DNA of 64,000 nucleotides from Gemmatimonadota bacterium (GTDB taxonomy: Bacteria; Gemmatimonadota; Gemmatimonadetes; Gemmatimonadales; GWC2-71-9): NCBI GenBank assembly GCA_036679645.1, contig JAZDCY010000060.1:9247-73246 (forward strand), given 5' to 3'. Below, one piece after another: positions 19,005 through 27,346 of this stretch. The notes beneath the pieces were generated by a model. That model was given only the letters and a program-made list of their open reading frames with translations. It searched no databases and was not told the origin of the DNA. Made by a program: the position numbers and the translations under genes. The stretch's first letter is position 1, and every line of letters begins with the position of its first letter.

Positions 19005-21053
19005 ATGATAGAGAGTCTCAAGCACAAGCCGCTCACCAAACGACCCGACCGCCTGACGTTTCCCGGTCGGGTGCTCTTCCTCGTGGACGATGCGCTGCTC
19101 ATGCGGCGTCAGCTGGAGGGAGGAGACCTTCCCTGGCCGCCCGGTGCGGCGTTGCGAGACAACATCTCCACCGACGAGATCACGCCGGCCTACATCTGTT
19201 ACTACTACGACGACACACTCGGTGATTTTCCCTACCTGGGATTGCAGGCGGGCGCCGAGTTCCCAGTCGAGCGCGAAACCGTACGAGCGGGCGGGTTCGT
19301 CTGTTCCGTCAGCGGCAAACGCCGGGGGAAAGGGTCCTCGCGCGAGCAATCGCCGTACGCAGAGATGTGCGCAGGCATCCAGTTGGTGATCGCGGAAAAC
19401 ATCGAGCGCATTTACCGGGAGAACTGTCAGAACCTGGGCATGCTCACGAGCACGGATTTTGGGTTGATCGGCCGCGTGCGCGCCGGCGAGGCCATTCCGC
19501 TGACCGACTTCACCGCCGGCGAAGGCGACATCACGCGGGGCGTTATCGAGTATGGCGGTCTCTTCCACTACAATGTGGCGCGTCTGCAGGGCAGGGTATC
19601 CGTGCCGGAGGTGGACACCCCCGCCCGTCCAATGACCCTTGCGGAGAAGATCATCGCGCGTCACTGGGTGACCGATCTCGCGCACGACACGGTGGGTGTG
19701 CCGCACGTGAAGCCCGGCGACGAGGGGTTTGTGCGGACGGACATCCGCTTCAGCCACGAATACGTCACTCCCATGGCTGCCATCTTCTGGGAAGATCTGG
19801 TAGGGACGGACGAGCGCGTGGTCGATCCGGATTCCATTTTCATGTTCCGCGATCACCTCACGTTCCTCGACCTCGTGATGACCGAGGCGCGCAAGGCCGA
19901 GGGACTCTTGGATGTCGCCCTCGAGCTGAAGGCAAAGCAGGAGGATTTCTCAGCCAAGCAGGGCATCACGCTCTACGGCGAGTTGGGCCGCCAACTCCAG
20001 GGGCGCCACGGTATTCCCACCGGATCCGAGGCGATATGCCACTCGAAGATTCTCGAGCAGCACGCCCTTCCCGGCCATCTCATTGTGGGAACCGACTCGC
20101 ACACGCCGCACGCCGGTGCGATGGGCGCGATTGCTTTTGGCGTGGGCACGACGGCAATCTTCAATTCGTGGCTCACCAAGGACGTGCGCATCAAGGTGCC
20201 GCCCTCGGTGCTCGTGCGTGTGACCGGGGACAAGCCGCCGGGGATTACCGCGAAGGACTACATGTTGCAGATCCTGCGGCATCCGTACGTGAGGGATGGG
20301 CACGCGATCGGCAAGGTCGTGGAGTACGCGGGCGATGCGGTGCGAGGGCTGGATATCGATGAACGTGCCACGATGACCAACATGGCGGCGGAGGTCGGCG
20401 CGTTCACCGGTGTCATCAGGCCGGATGAGAAGTCGATCGAGTTTCTCTCTCGTGAACGCGGTGTGGATCCGGAAAAGGTGCGGCCATTGCTGGAGGGGCT
20501 CTTCTCAGATGCAGATGCCGAATACGAGAAGATCATTGATATCGACGCGGGCGCGTTGAAGCCGATGGTCGCCTTGCCCGGTGATCCCGGAAATGGGCTC
20601 TTCATTGATGAACTCGGCGACCGGGTGAAGGTCGACATTGCCTATGCGGGCTCGTGCACCGCCGGCAAGAAATCCGATATGGACATGTACGCCGCCGTGT
20701 TCCGTGATGCGCTGGACCGTGGCGAGCGCGTGCACGCGGACGTGAAGTGCTTCATTCAGTGCGGATCACAGGAGGTGAAACGGTATGCGGAAGAACGGGG
20801 CTACCTCGAGATCTTCGAGAAGGCCGGCGCCGTTTTCATCGAGCCTAGCTGTGGGGCGTGCATCAACGCCGGGCCCGGCGTGTCATACGACACTGACACG
20901 GTGACGATCAGCGCCATCAACCGGAACTTCCCCGGCCGGTCCGGTCCGGGACGGCTCTACCTCGCTAATCCCTATACGACGGCGGCCTCCGCAATCGCTG
21001 GGTACATCACTGCCTGGGAGCCACGGAAGGTCGGTGCCGGGGTCTCGGTCTAG
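19005..21053 (+). CDS. Aconitase-family dehydratase with fused small (swivel) and large subunits; likely 3-isopropylmalate dehydratase
   Basis: N-terminal NISTDEITP and GKGSSREQ (LeuD-like), then MTLAEKI, GTDSHT, GSCT, PSCGAC, NRNFPGR (LeuC-like, three Fe-S Cys). Confidence 0.85.
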   Translation: MIESLKHKPLTKRPDRLTFPGRVLFLVDDALLMRRQLEGGDLPWPPGAALRDNISTDEITPAYICYYYDDTLGDFPYLGLQAGAEFPVERETVRAGGFVCSVSGKRRGKGSSREQSPYAEMCAGIQLVIAENIERIYRENCQNLGMLTSTDFGLIGRVRAGEAIPLTDFTAGEGDITRGVIEYGGLFHYNVARLQGRVSVPEVDTPARPMTLAEKIIARHWVTDLAHDTVGVPHVKPGDEGFVRTDIRFSHEYVTPMAAIFWEDLVGTDERVVDPDSIFMFRDHLTFLDLVMTEARKAEGLLDVALELKAKQEDFSAKQGITLYGELGRQLQGRHGIPTGSEAICHSKILEQHALPGHLIVGTDSHTPHAGAMGAIAFGVGTTAIFNSWLTKDVRIKVPPSVLVRVTGDKPPGITAKDYMLQILRHPYVRDGHAIGKVVEYAGDAVRGLDIDERATMTNMAAEVGAFTGVIRPDEKSIEFLSRERGVDPEKVRPLLEGLFSDADAEYEKIIDIDAGALKPMVALPGDPGNGLFIDELGDRVKVDIAYAGSCTAGKKSDMDMYAAVFRDALDRGERVHADVKCFIQCGSQEVKRYAEERGYLEIFEKAGAVFIEPSCGACINAGPGVSYDTDTVTISAINRNFPGRSGPGRLYLANPYTTAASAIAGYITAWEPRKVGAGVSV

Positions 21054-21069
21054 GCGCTAGCGCAAGGCG

Positions 21070-21107
21070 ATCTGCAATCTCGAATCTCAAGTCTATAATC
21101 TCAAATC
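21070..21107 (-). repeat. Degenerate heptamer tandem repeat (same family as 3229-3272)
   Basis: Plus strand ATCTGCA ATCTCGA ATCTCAA GTCTATA ATCTCAA; reverse complement gives TGCAGAT/TTGAGAT units. Confidence 0.75.
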
Positions 21108-21137
21108 GACCCCCCCGCCCCCCTCTCGGTCCTCAGT

Positions 21138-21503
21138 TCATACGGTACTGTGCGACAAGTGCTCCGCCACAACCTCTTCGAAGGTCGTTCTCGAGACGGC
21201 GTTGTTGGGTATCTGCACGACTCGTATTCCGGCAGCTTTGAGAACAGCGGTCCGGCCTTCGTCGTATGTCTCGCGACTGTCGTGCACGGGTCCGTCAATC
21301 TCCAAAGCGAGCTTGAGTTCGGGGCAATAGAAATCCAGATGGAACCCGCGCATGGGATACTGCCGCCGGAACTTGTAGCCCAATACACGACGTGTTCTGA
21401 GGAGCGCCCAGGCTGCGCGCTCGGCCACGGTCATCTCCTCCCGCAGCCGGCGCGTACGATCTCTCACGGGTCTTCCGAAGAGCATGACGCCAGAATGGAG
21501 CAT
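21138..21503 (-). CDS. DUF559 / Vsr-like endonuclease domain protein
   Basis: LREEMTVAE..W..LR, KFRRQYP, DFYCPELKLALEIDG..H motifs; start uncertain (21485, 21503 or 21536). Confidence 0.85.
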   Translation of the reverse strand: MLHSGVMLFGRPVRDRTRRLREEMTVAERAAWALLRTRRVLGYKFRRQYPMRGFHLDFYCPELKLALEIDGPVHDSRETYDEGRTAVLKAAGIRVVQIPNNAVSRTTFEEVVAEHLSHSTV

Positions 21504-21548
21504 GAGGTACCGGCCTGTGCAACCGTCTTGCCGCACGGCGGTGGCGTT

Positions 21549-21582
21549 TAGCCGCTTCTGAGCGTCTAGCCGTCTAGGCGCC
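21549..21582 (-). repeat. Degenerate octamer tandem repeat
   Basis: TGAGCGTC TAGCCGTC TAGGCGCC, just after the amrB stop; shares CTGAGCGTCTAGC with the 16805-16840 array. Confidence 0.65.
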
Positions 21583-21584
21583 TT

Positions 21585-22412
21585 TCACCTGATCACCACT
21601 CCGGCATATGCCACAACGCTCTCGTCATCTCCGGTCACCCATCCGCTGTGCCGGTAGTCGACGACTTCGGCCGAGGAAGCACCGAGCTGTTTCGCGGCCT
21701 CGATCACGATCGCCGCCGGCGCGCGACCACACATCGTTACGTGCTCGCGATGGCACACCTGCAAGAGAGCCTCGGCTTGGAGGCGTTCGATGGCGGCCAG
21801 CGCATGCTTGTCCTTGTGTGCTGCGCTCGCGGCCGACTCGTAATGAGTCATGTCCGAGGACGCGATCAACAGCACGTCGTCAGATGTCTGACGGACCACG
21901 GCGACCAGTGCGTCCGCGATCGTCCTACAGAAAGCCCAGTCGTCTGATGCGAGCACAATGGGGACAATGCTCGTCGTGTCGCTGAGCAGCTGGAGGAAGG
22001 GAAGCTCGACCTCGATGCTGTGCTCGCCGCCATGCGCGACGGGGTCGTGCGCCATCACGGAGCAGGTGTCGATGAGCGCTTCCGCGAACTCTTTGGCGAC
22101 CTGGAGGTCTCCAAGGGGAGTCTGGAACGCGCCCCGCGCCCACGTTCCGGCGAGTCGTCCGGTCCCCACGCGGCCGCGGTGGTTCGGTCCGACGAGTACG
22201 GTTATGGGCGGGATGGCCAGGCGGCGGAAAACGTGTGCCGCACACTGGCCCGAATAGACGAGCCCGGCGTGGGGTACGATGGCCCCGAAAGCGGGCCCGG
22301 GTTCCCCGTCGGCCCCATCGAGCTGGGTCCGGACGAGATCCTGAAGCTCGTCCCGATCTGCAGGGTAGAAGCGGCCGGCGACGGCGGGGTGGCGGAGATC
22401 GTGTTTGGGCAT
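21585..22412 (-). CDS. amrB: AmmeMemoRadiSam system protein B (MEMO1 family)
   Basis: RHPAVAGRFYP, PHAGLVYSG, GPNH, EHSIEVELPFLQ, ASSDMTHY, TMCG, VVAYAG motifs. Confidence 0.9.
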   Translation of the reverse strand: MPKHDLRHPAVAGRFYPADRDELQDLVRTQLDGADGEPGPAFGAIVPHAGLVYSGQCAAHVFRRLAIPPITVLVGPNHRGRVGTGRLAGTWARGAFQTPLGDLQVAKEFAEALIDTCSVMAHDPVAHGGEHSIEVELPFLQLLSDTTSIVPIVLASDDWAFCRTIADALVAVVRQTSDDVLLIASSDMTHYESAASAAHKDKHALAAIERLQAEALLQVCHREHVTMCGRAPAAIVIEAAKQLGASSAEVVDYRHSGWVTGDDESVVAYAGVVIR

Positions 22413-22489
22413 CGTGTCCGCAGTGTTAGCGCACAGCGGAATTTCCTGCCAAGATAGAGCCCCGAGCCTGATTCTGCGATGCGTGTGCG

Positions 22490-22585
22490 ATTGATTGCTT
22501 GCGCGCCCTAATTGACCGGTTCCGATTCCGAATTGATGCGTTCCATCCCCACATTGACGTTGGCTTGCTTGACGCCGGCTATGTT
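22490..22585 (+). promoter_or_regulatory. Phased direct repeats and -10 element upstream of small lipoprotein 1
   Basis: ATTGAY at 22490, 22511, 22532 and 22553 (exact 21-bp period), TTGCTTG at 22565, then 8 nt, then TATGTT (22580-22585). Confidence 0.6.
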
Positions 22586-22639
22586 CGGCACGGTTGATCG
22601 AACACAGTGAATCTCACACCGGCGTCGGAGGAAGACGGA

Positions 22640-22852
22640 ATGTTGAAGAACAAGATTCGGGCGATCGTGCCCATCGTCGCATTGGTCCTCGTTGCAGCCT
22701 GTTCGGATTCCACAGGCCCCGGGGCGCCGGAACTGGCGGAGATTCAGCAGGAGAGTCCGGAACAGGATCAAGCGAATAGAATACGGGGCATCGACACCGA
22801 CACGAAGCGGAAGACCCCGCTCGATCAAGAGCGCGAAGACAGGGAACGGTAG
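22640..22852 (+). CDS. Small lipoprotein 1 (70 aa)
   Basis: GGAGG RBS at 22627; MLKNKIRAIVPIVALVLVAA-C lipobox; short polar mature part; similar to 25166..25357. Confidence 0.75.
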   Translation: MLKNKIRAIVPIVALVLVAACSDSTGPGAPELAEIQQESPEQDQANRIRGIDTDTKRKTPLDQEREDRER

Positions 22853-22864
22853 CTAGCGGAGAAA

Positions 22865-22950
22865 GCCGGCATACCCTTATCCATCCCACCTGCCACGGAG
22901 CAGTGCCGGCCTTAGGGGGTGTACAGCGAAAACGCTGTGCGCTCCCTCCT
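22865..22950 (+). ncRNA. Candidate structured 3' element (two hairpins), copy 1
   Basis: Stem GCCGGCAT(22865)/GTGCCGGC(22903) encloses CCATC...CGGAGCA; then TTAG and hairpin GGGGGTGTACAGCG-AAAA-CGCTGTGCGCTCCC followed by TCCT. Confidence 0.5.
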
Positions 22951-22997
22951 CCCGTTTTGGGGTGCGCGGTGAGCTGTGCGCGGGTGGGTGGGGGGGG

Positions 22998-24881
22998 TTA
23001 CCCGGCTTGGTGACGTAGAGATTCGTGTCGCTGCTCGAGGCGCTTTCGCTGACCGGGAGTGAGGAGTTCCGACAAGACAACCTCGCGGAGCAACGCGGCC
23101 TCGACGAAATACCGATCTCCATCGAACGAGACGATGTGATGCCGCTCGAGTTGAGCGAGTGCATCTTCGATATCTGAGGTTGCGATATCCAGCAGTCCAC
23201 TCAAGACGTCGGGTTGAACTTCGGAACCGCCGACGCAGGTCCCGACGAGCACGTCCTTTGCGGTGGCACTGAGCAGTTGGACGCGCTCCATGGTAGCCGC
23301 TTTCACTAGCTGCGGGATGTCGAACGGCACCGGAGTTTCGAGCGTGACGTTCTCGAGCGGCCACACAAGCGCCTCGCCACGCAGCGATGAAACCTCGGCG
23401 AGTCCACGCAGCAAGGACACGGTAAGGAACGGATCGCCTCCGGTCTCGAAATCCACGCGCCGCGCGAGGCGGGCCAGTTGCTCCTCCCCGTCACACCAGG
23501 GCGCCATCTCTTGCACGAGCGCGCGGACCTCGTCACCCGAGAACAGCTCGAGCTCGACGGTTCCCCCGGCTAGGCGTCTGCCGACATCCCCCAGGAGCTT
23601 TGTGAGCCCGGTGTATTCACCCTTGGCGTCTTCGCAAGTGCTGAGCACGACGAGGATGGGGCGACCGATAGCCGTGCCAATGGCGCCTCGCAACGCCGAC
23701 AACGTGGCTTCGTCGGCCAGGTGTGCGTCGTCGATGACGACCGCGAGCGGAGTTTCCTCGGCGATCGCCTCGAATAGCCCGCCCAGGGCATTCCCAATAT
23801 CGGTATGGCCGAGCCCGGACATCGGCTCGAACCGTTCCGCCAATCGCGGGACGACCGACGCGAGCATGCGTAGAGCGGTCGGATCGGTCGCGGCAAGACC
23901 CGGCGCATCGAACAGACCGCCTCGCATCAGCTGCCGCAGTGTGCTCCATGGTGTCCCGGGGTCGGTTCCCAGGGGATTGGCCAGCGCGATCATCCCACCT
24001 TCCAATCGCCACCGATTCACGCACTCCGACAGGAGCCGGGTTTTTCCTCGTCCGGCCAGCGCACTCACGACCAGCACGCGGGGACCTTGGGCAAGTGCCA
24101 TGGACAACTCGGTGAATGCGCGGTTGTGCTCCCGCTCCCGCCCCACGAGCGGTGGTTCCGCGTCGGTATGCACCAGCGATGCGCGCCGCCACCGACCTTC
24201 GCGAATCCGCTCGGCCAGGGCGCGCAGCTCCTTGCTGGGCGGCACACTGTACTCGCGCTCTATGTGCCGAGCGAAATCACGATACGTAATGAGTGCGCCG
24301 GAGGAGTCGCCGCTAAGCGCGGATGCGCGCATTTGCAGCCGTACGGCCGCTTCGGCTTCGGCATCGATACCGAGCGCCCGTTGGGCCACAGTCTGAGCGA
24401 CCTCGAACTCAGATGTCGAGAGCGCCTGCTCTCCGCTGTCGATCAACGAAGAGAGACTGCGGTTGCGGAGTCGCGCGCGCTCCTGCTCTAGCCACTGCTC
24501 GAACGCGGGCGCATCGGGAAGGCTCAGGCCGTCGAGGAACTCTCCGTCCCCTTCCCCGTCGCCGAGAGCATCCACGCGCAGTTGCTCGCCGCTCAGCGTG
24601 ATCGCGTCGCCGCGCGAAATGAGGCGCTTGGCGCCAAGTGCGGCCCGCAGCCGGCGCACGGCCTCGTTGAGTGAATGGCGGGCGCGGGCCTGGTCCTTTT
24701 CGGGCCACAACAAGCCCATGAGATGGTCGCGGGACCGTGTGTGCTGCGGCGAAAGTGCGAGATACGCCAATAACGCCACGTGTTTCCGCCACATGACGTC
24801 GGCCGCGGGCTCCTCGCCGTCCACCAGGACGGCCGGGGGCCCGAGGCATCTCATCTCGAGAGATCTGGGTTTCCCGAACAT
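22998..24881 (-). CDS. SARP/BTAD transcriptional activator with P-loop NTPase domain, copy 1
   Basis: wHTH (ALLAYLAL...SRDHLMGLLWPE...ARHSLNEAVRRLR), BTAD (FL.GL...DAPAFEQWL..ER), PLVGRERE, Walker A ALAGRGKT, Walker B VVIDDAH, TGGDPF. Start probably 24881 (track gives 24962). Confidence 0.85.
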   Translation of the reverse strand: MFGKPRSLEMRCLGPPAVLVDGEEPAADVMWRKHVALLAYLALSPQHTRSRDHLMGLLWPEKDQARARHSLNEAVRRLRAALGAKRLISRGDAITLSGEQLRVDALGDGEGDGEFLDGLSLPDAPAFEQWLEQERARLRNRSLSSLIDSGEQALSTSEFEVAQTVAQRALGIDAEAEAAVRLQMRASALSGDSSGALITYRDFARHIEREYSVPPSKELRALAERIREGRWRRASLVHTDAEPPLVGREREHNRAFTELSMALAQGPRVLVVSALAGRGKTRLLSECVNRWRLEGGMIALANPLGTDPGTPWSTLRQLMRGGLFDAPGLAATDPTALRMLASVVPRLAERFEPMSGLGHTDIGNALGGLFEAIAEETPLAVVIDDAHLADEATLSALRGAIGTAIGRPILVVLSTCEDAKGEYTGLTKLLGDVGRRLAGGTVELELFSGDEVRALVQEMAPWCDGEEQLARLARRVDFETGGDPFLTVSLLRGLAEVSSLRGEALVWPLENVTLETPVPFDIPQLVKAATMERVQLLSATAKDVLVGTCVGGSEVQPDVLSGLLDIATSDIEDALAQLERHHIVSFDGDRYFVEAALLREVVLSELLTPGQRKRLEQRHESLRHQAG

Positions 24882-25068
24882 TGTACGCAAGCCGCTGTAA
24901 TATCTCGTTTTGCGGTCAGATGTGGTACTAGACGTCCGGGTTGCATCTGGGTTGTGACTCATTCAGTAGAGCAATACGGGTGAAGTGATCGGAAAGATGC
25001 GAAGAAGGCGGAATGGCGAGAAGGGCGCTTGAGGGCGGGAATAGGTTAAATGGTTATACGACAGTGAG

Positions 25069-25121
25069 TTGACAGCAGTTGGCGGGGGATTGAGAGCTGC
25101 TTGAGGGGTGGTCCCTAGCTT
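25069..25121 (+). promoter_or_regulatory. SARP-box-like phased repeats and -10 upstream of small lipoprotein 2
   Basis: TTGAC 25069, TTGGC 25079, TTGAG 25090, TTGAG 25101 (10/11/11 spacing); last heptamer, then 8 nt, then TAGCTT (25116-25121). Confidence 0.62.
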
Positions 25122-25165
25122 TGCTTTCAGTAAGTGACGGCAATGACCTGCTCTGGAGGCGAACC

Positions 25166-25357
25166 ATGAAAGCCAAGCGCATTTTCCCCGCAATCGCGAT
25201 CACGCTGATCCTCGCTCTTTCTGCCTGCTCAGACGCTCTCGGGCCGACCGGTCAGAACCCAGAAGTCGCCACGGTGCTCGAGAACCAGGACGACTCCAGC
25301 CAGGACGCGCAGGGACAGCAGGGCAAGAAGCAGGATAACCCGCTCGAACAGCAGTAG
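25166..25357 (+). CDS. Small lipoprotein 2 (63 aa)
   Basis: GGAGG RBS at 25155; MKAKRIFPAIAITLILALSA-C lipobox; Q/D-rich mature part; divergent from the BTAD regulator. Confidence 0.78.
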   Translation: MKAKRIFPAIAITLILALSACSDALGPTGQNPEVATVLENQDDSSQDAQGQQGKKQDNPLEQQ

Positions 25358-25376
25358 GGATCGCTGAGAGGTTCTA

Positions 25377-25456
25377 CCGCCGGGAAGATCGACCATCTCG
25401 CCTCGGAGCAAACCGGCGGCCTAGGGGGCGCGGAGGGAAACCTCCCGCCCCTCCTT
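25377..25456 (+). ncRNA. Candidate structured 3' element (two hairpins), copy 2
   Basis: Stem CCGCCGG(25377)/CCGGCGG(25413) encloses CCATC...CGGAGCA; then CTAG and hairpin GGGGCG-C-GGAGG-GAAA-CCTCC-CGCCCC followed by TCCT. Confidence 0.5.
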
Positions 25457-25520
25457 CCTTTCCCCCCAACCCTTCCACACCACCCCCGGTGGGAGGGCGG
25501 AAAGGCGGAAAGAGTAGCCG

Positions 25521-26603
25521 CTATCTGCCGCCTCGCATCCGCTCCACCACCATATTGCCCATGTCGGAGGTCGCGATGCCGCTGCGGGCGTCGGCCGATT
25601 TCACCTGACCGCTCGTGAGGAGGTCCGCGATCGCGTCGTCGATGCGTTTGGCGCCGCTCGTCTCGCCAAGGAAGTCGAGCATCATGCCCGCGGCCGAGAT
25701 GGCGCCGAGTGGGCAGGCGACGTTTTTGCCGGCGTACTTGGGTGCCGAGCCGTGGATCGGCTCGAACATCGACGTCTGACCTGGGTGGATGTTCCCTGAG
25801 GCGGCGATGCCCATGCCGCCCTGGAGCATGGCGCCCAGGTCGGTGATGATGTCGCCGAACAGGTTCGTGGTGACGAGCACGTCGAACCACTCGGGGTTCT
25901 TGATCATCCACATACAGCACGCGTCGACGTACGCGTGGTCCTGCTCAACCTGCGGGAAATCCTCCGCGACTTGCGCGTACACACGCGTCCAGAGGTCGTG
26001 GGGCCGTATGGCGTTCGCCTTGTCGACAAGCATCACACGCGCCTGGTGTCCGTTGCCTTTTTCCTTCGCGCGTCTCTCGGCGAGCTCGAAGGCGTAGCGC
26101 GATGCCCGCTCACAGCCCTTCCATGTGTACACGCCGTTCACGAGGGCAACCTCGTCGGGCGTGTTCTTCTTCAGGTGCCCGCCGATCTGCGCATAGAGTC
26201 CCTCGGTATTCTCGCGGACGACGATGAAGTCGATGTCGTCGGGTCCCTTGCCCTTCAACGGACAGAGGTGCTCGCTATAGAGCTTGATGGGCCGGAGATT
26301 GATGTAGAGATCGAGGCCGAATCGCAGTCCCAGAATGACCGATCGCTCGACCAGCCCAGGCTCGACGTCCGGATGCCCGATGGCGCCGAGCAGTACGGCG
26401 TCGAGCGTGCGCCACTCGTCGATGACCGAGTCGGGGACCAACTCCCTGGTCTTGAGGTAGTAGTCGCCGCTGTAGGGGTAGTCGACCAGTTCGTAGGTGA
26501 ACCCCTCGAGCTTGGCTACAGCCGCGAGGGCTTTGAGCGCTTCGTCGGTGACCTCGGGTCCAATACCGTCACCGGGGAGGACCCCGATCGTGTAGGATGC
26601 CAT
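25521..26603 (-). CDS. leuB: 3-isopropylmalate dehydrogenase (beta-decarboxylating dehydrogenase family)
   Basis: GDGIGPEV, ERSVILGLRFGLDLYINLRP, RENTEG.Y, VDKAN, NLFGDIITD, FEPIHGSAPK motifs. Confidence 0.82.
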   Translation of the reverse strand: MASYTIGVLPGDGIGPEVTDEALKALAAVAKLEGFTYELVDYPYSGDYYLKTRELVPDSVIDEWRTLDAVLLGAIGHPDVEPGLVERSVILGLRFGLDLYINLRPIKLYSEHLCPLKGKGPDDIDFIVVRENTEGLYAQIGGHLKKNTPDEVALVNGVYTWKGCERASRYAFELAERRAKEKGNGHQARVMLVDKANAIRPHDLWTRVYAQVAEDFPQVEQDHAYVDACCMWMIKNPEWFDVLVTTNLFGDIITDLGAMLQGGMGIAASGNIHPGQTSMFEPIHGSAPKYAGKNVACPLGAISAAGMMLDFLGETSGAKRIDDAIADLLTSGQVKSADARSGIATSDMGNMVVERMRGGR

Positions 26604-26621
26604 TGCGCGTGTGGTAGTGGG

Positions 26622-27278
26622 TCAGAAGCCGAAGGAGAGCCCAATCGAGATGACCGGATAGTACTTGAACAGATTGAGATCGTCCTCCGCGGCGGCCACT
26701 TCCCGGTCGAGGTCGGCCTGGAAGCCTGGCGTCTGGGAGATCGGACCGTTCGCCGTGAACGTCACGTCGGGCTGTCCCTGAAAGGCGACGCCCAAGTCGA
26801 GGATGAACCCGATCCGTCCGCTGGCGATGTTCCCCCATCCGATGCCGATGTAAGGCGCGATGTCGTTGTTGACGATCGTCCCGGTCAGGCTACCGACATC
26901 TGTTCCCGCGTAGGTGGAATCCCCGATATCAACCGTTCCCGTGAATACGCCGGTGATGTCGAGATCCGGTGAGGAGAACAAGACGCCGCCGCTCACGCGG
27001 AACTGACCCGCGAGAAAGAGGTCGACGAATCCGACGAACTGCGGTGAGGGAAGGTCGACCGTGAAGTCGATGTCCGAGATCGTGAGATCGATATCCGATG
27101 GGAAGATGCCACCGCCGACGCGCAAGGTGACCCGATCGTGCACCGCGATGCCGATGTCCGCACCCAATCCCAGCGTGCCGACGTGGGGCGCCACGCCAAA
27201 GCTCGGGCCTTGGGCCAGGATTGGAGCGGGCGCCGTCGCCACAGCGAGGCACGCGAAGAGGGTCAGCAGGCGTGTCAT
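26622..27278 (-). CDS. Outer-membrane beta-barrel protein
   Basis: Signal peptide MTRLLTLFAC..., GTLGLG, PYIGIGWG, amphipathic strands, terminal YPVISIGLSFGF. Confidence 0.75.
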   Translation of the reverse strand: MTRLLTLFACLAVATAPAPILAQGPSFGVAPHVGTLGLGADIGIAVHDRVTLRVGGGIFPSDIDLTISDIDFTVDLPSPQFVGFVDLFLAGQFRVSGGVLFSSPDLDITGVFTGTVDIGDSTYAGTDVGSLTGTIVNNDIAPYIGIGWGNIASGRIGFILDLGVAFQGQPDVTFTANGPISQTPGFQADLDREVAAAEDDLNLFKYYPVISIGLSFGF

Positions 27279-27346
27279 AGATATGCTCCAAGTCTTACGG
27301 GAGTTCGATAATCGCCGGCCGGGTGAGATCGTTGACCGGTACGGAC

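Noticed and set aside
22640..25357. Micro-lipoproteins as RiPP precursors or type I toxins
   Set aside because: No modifying enzymes or transporters nearby, and a clear lipobox with polar tails does not match hydrophobic type I toxins; not fully excluded.
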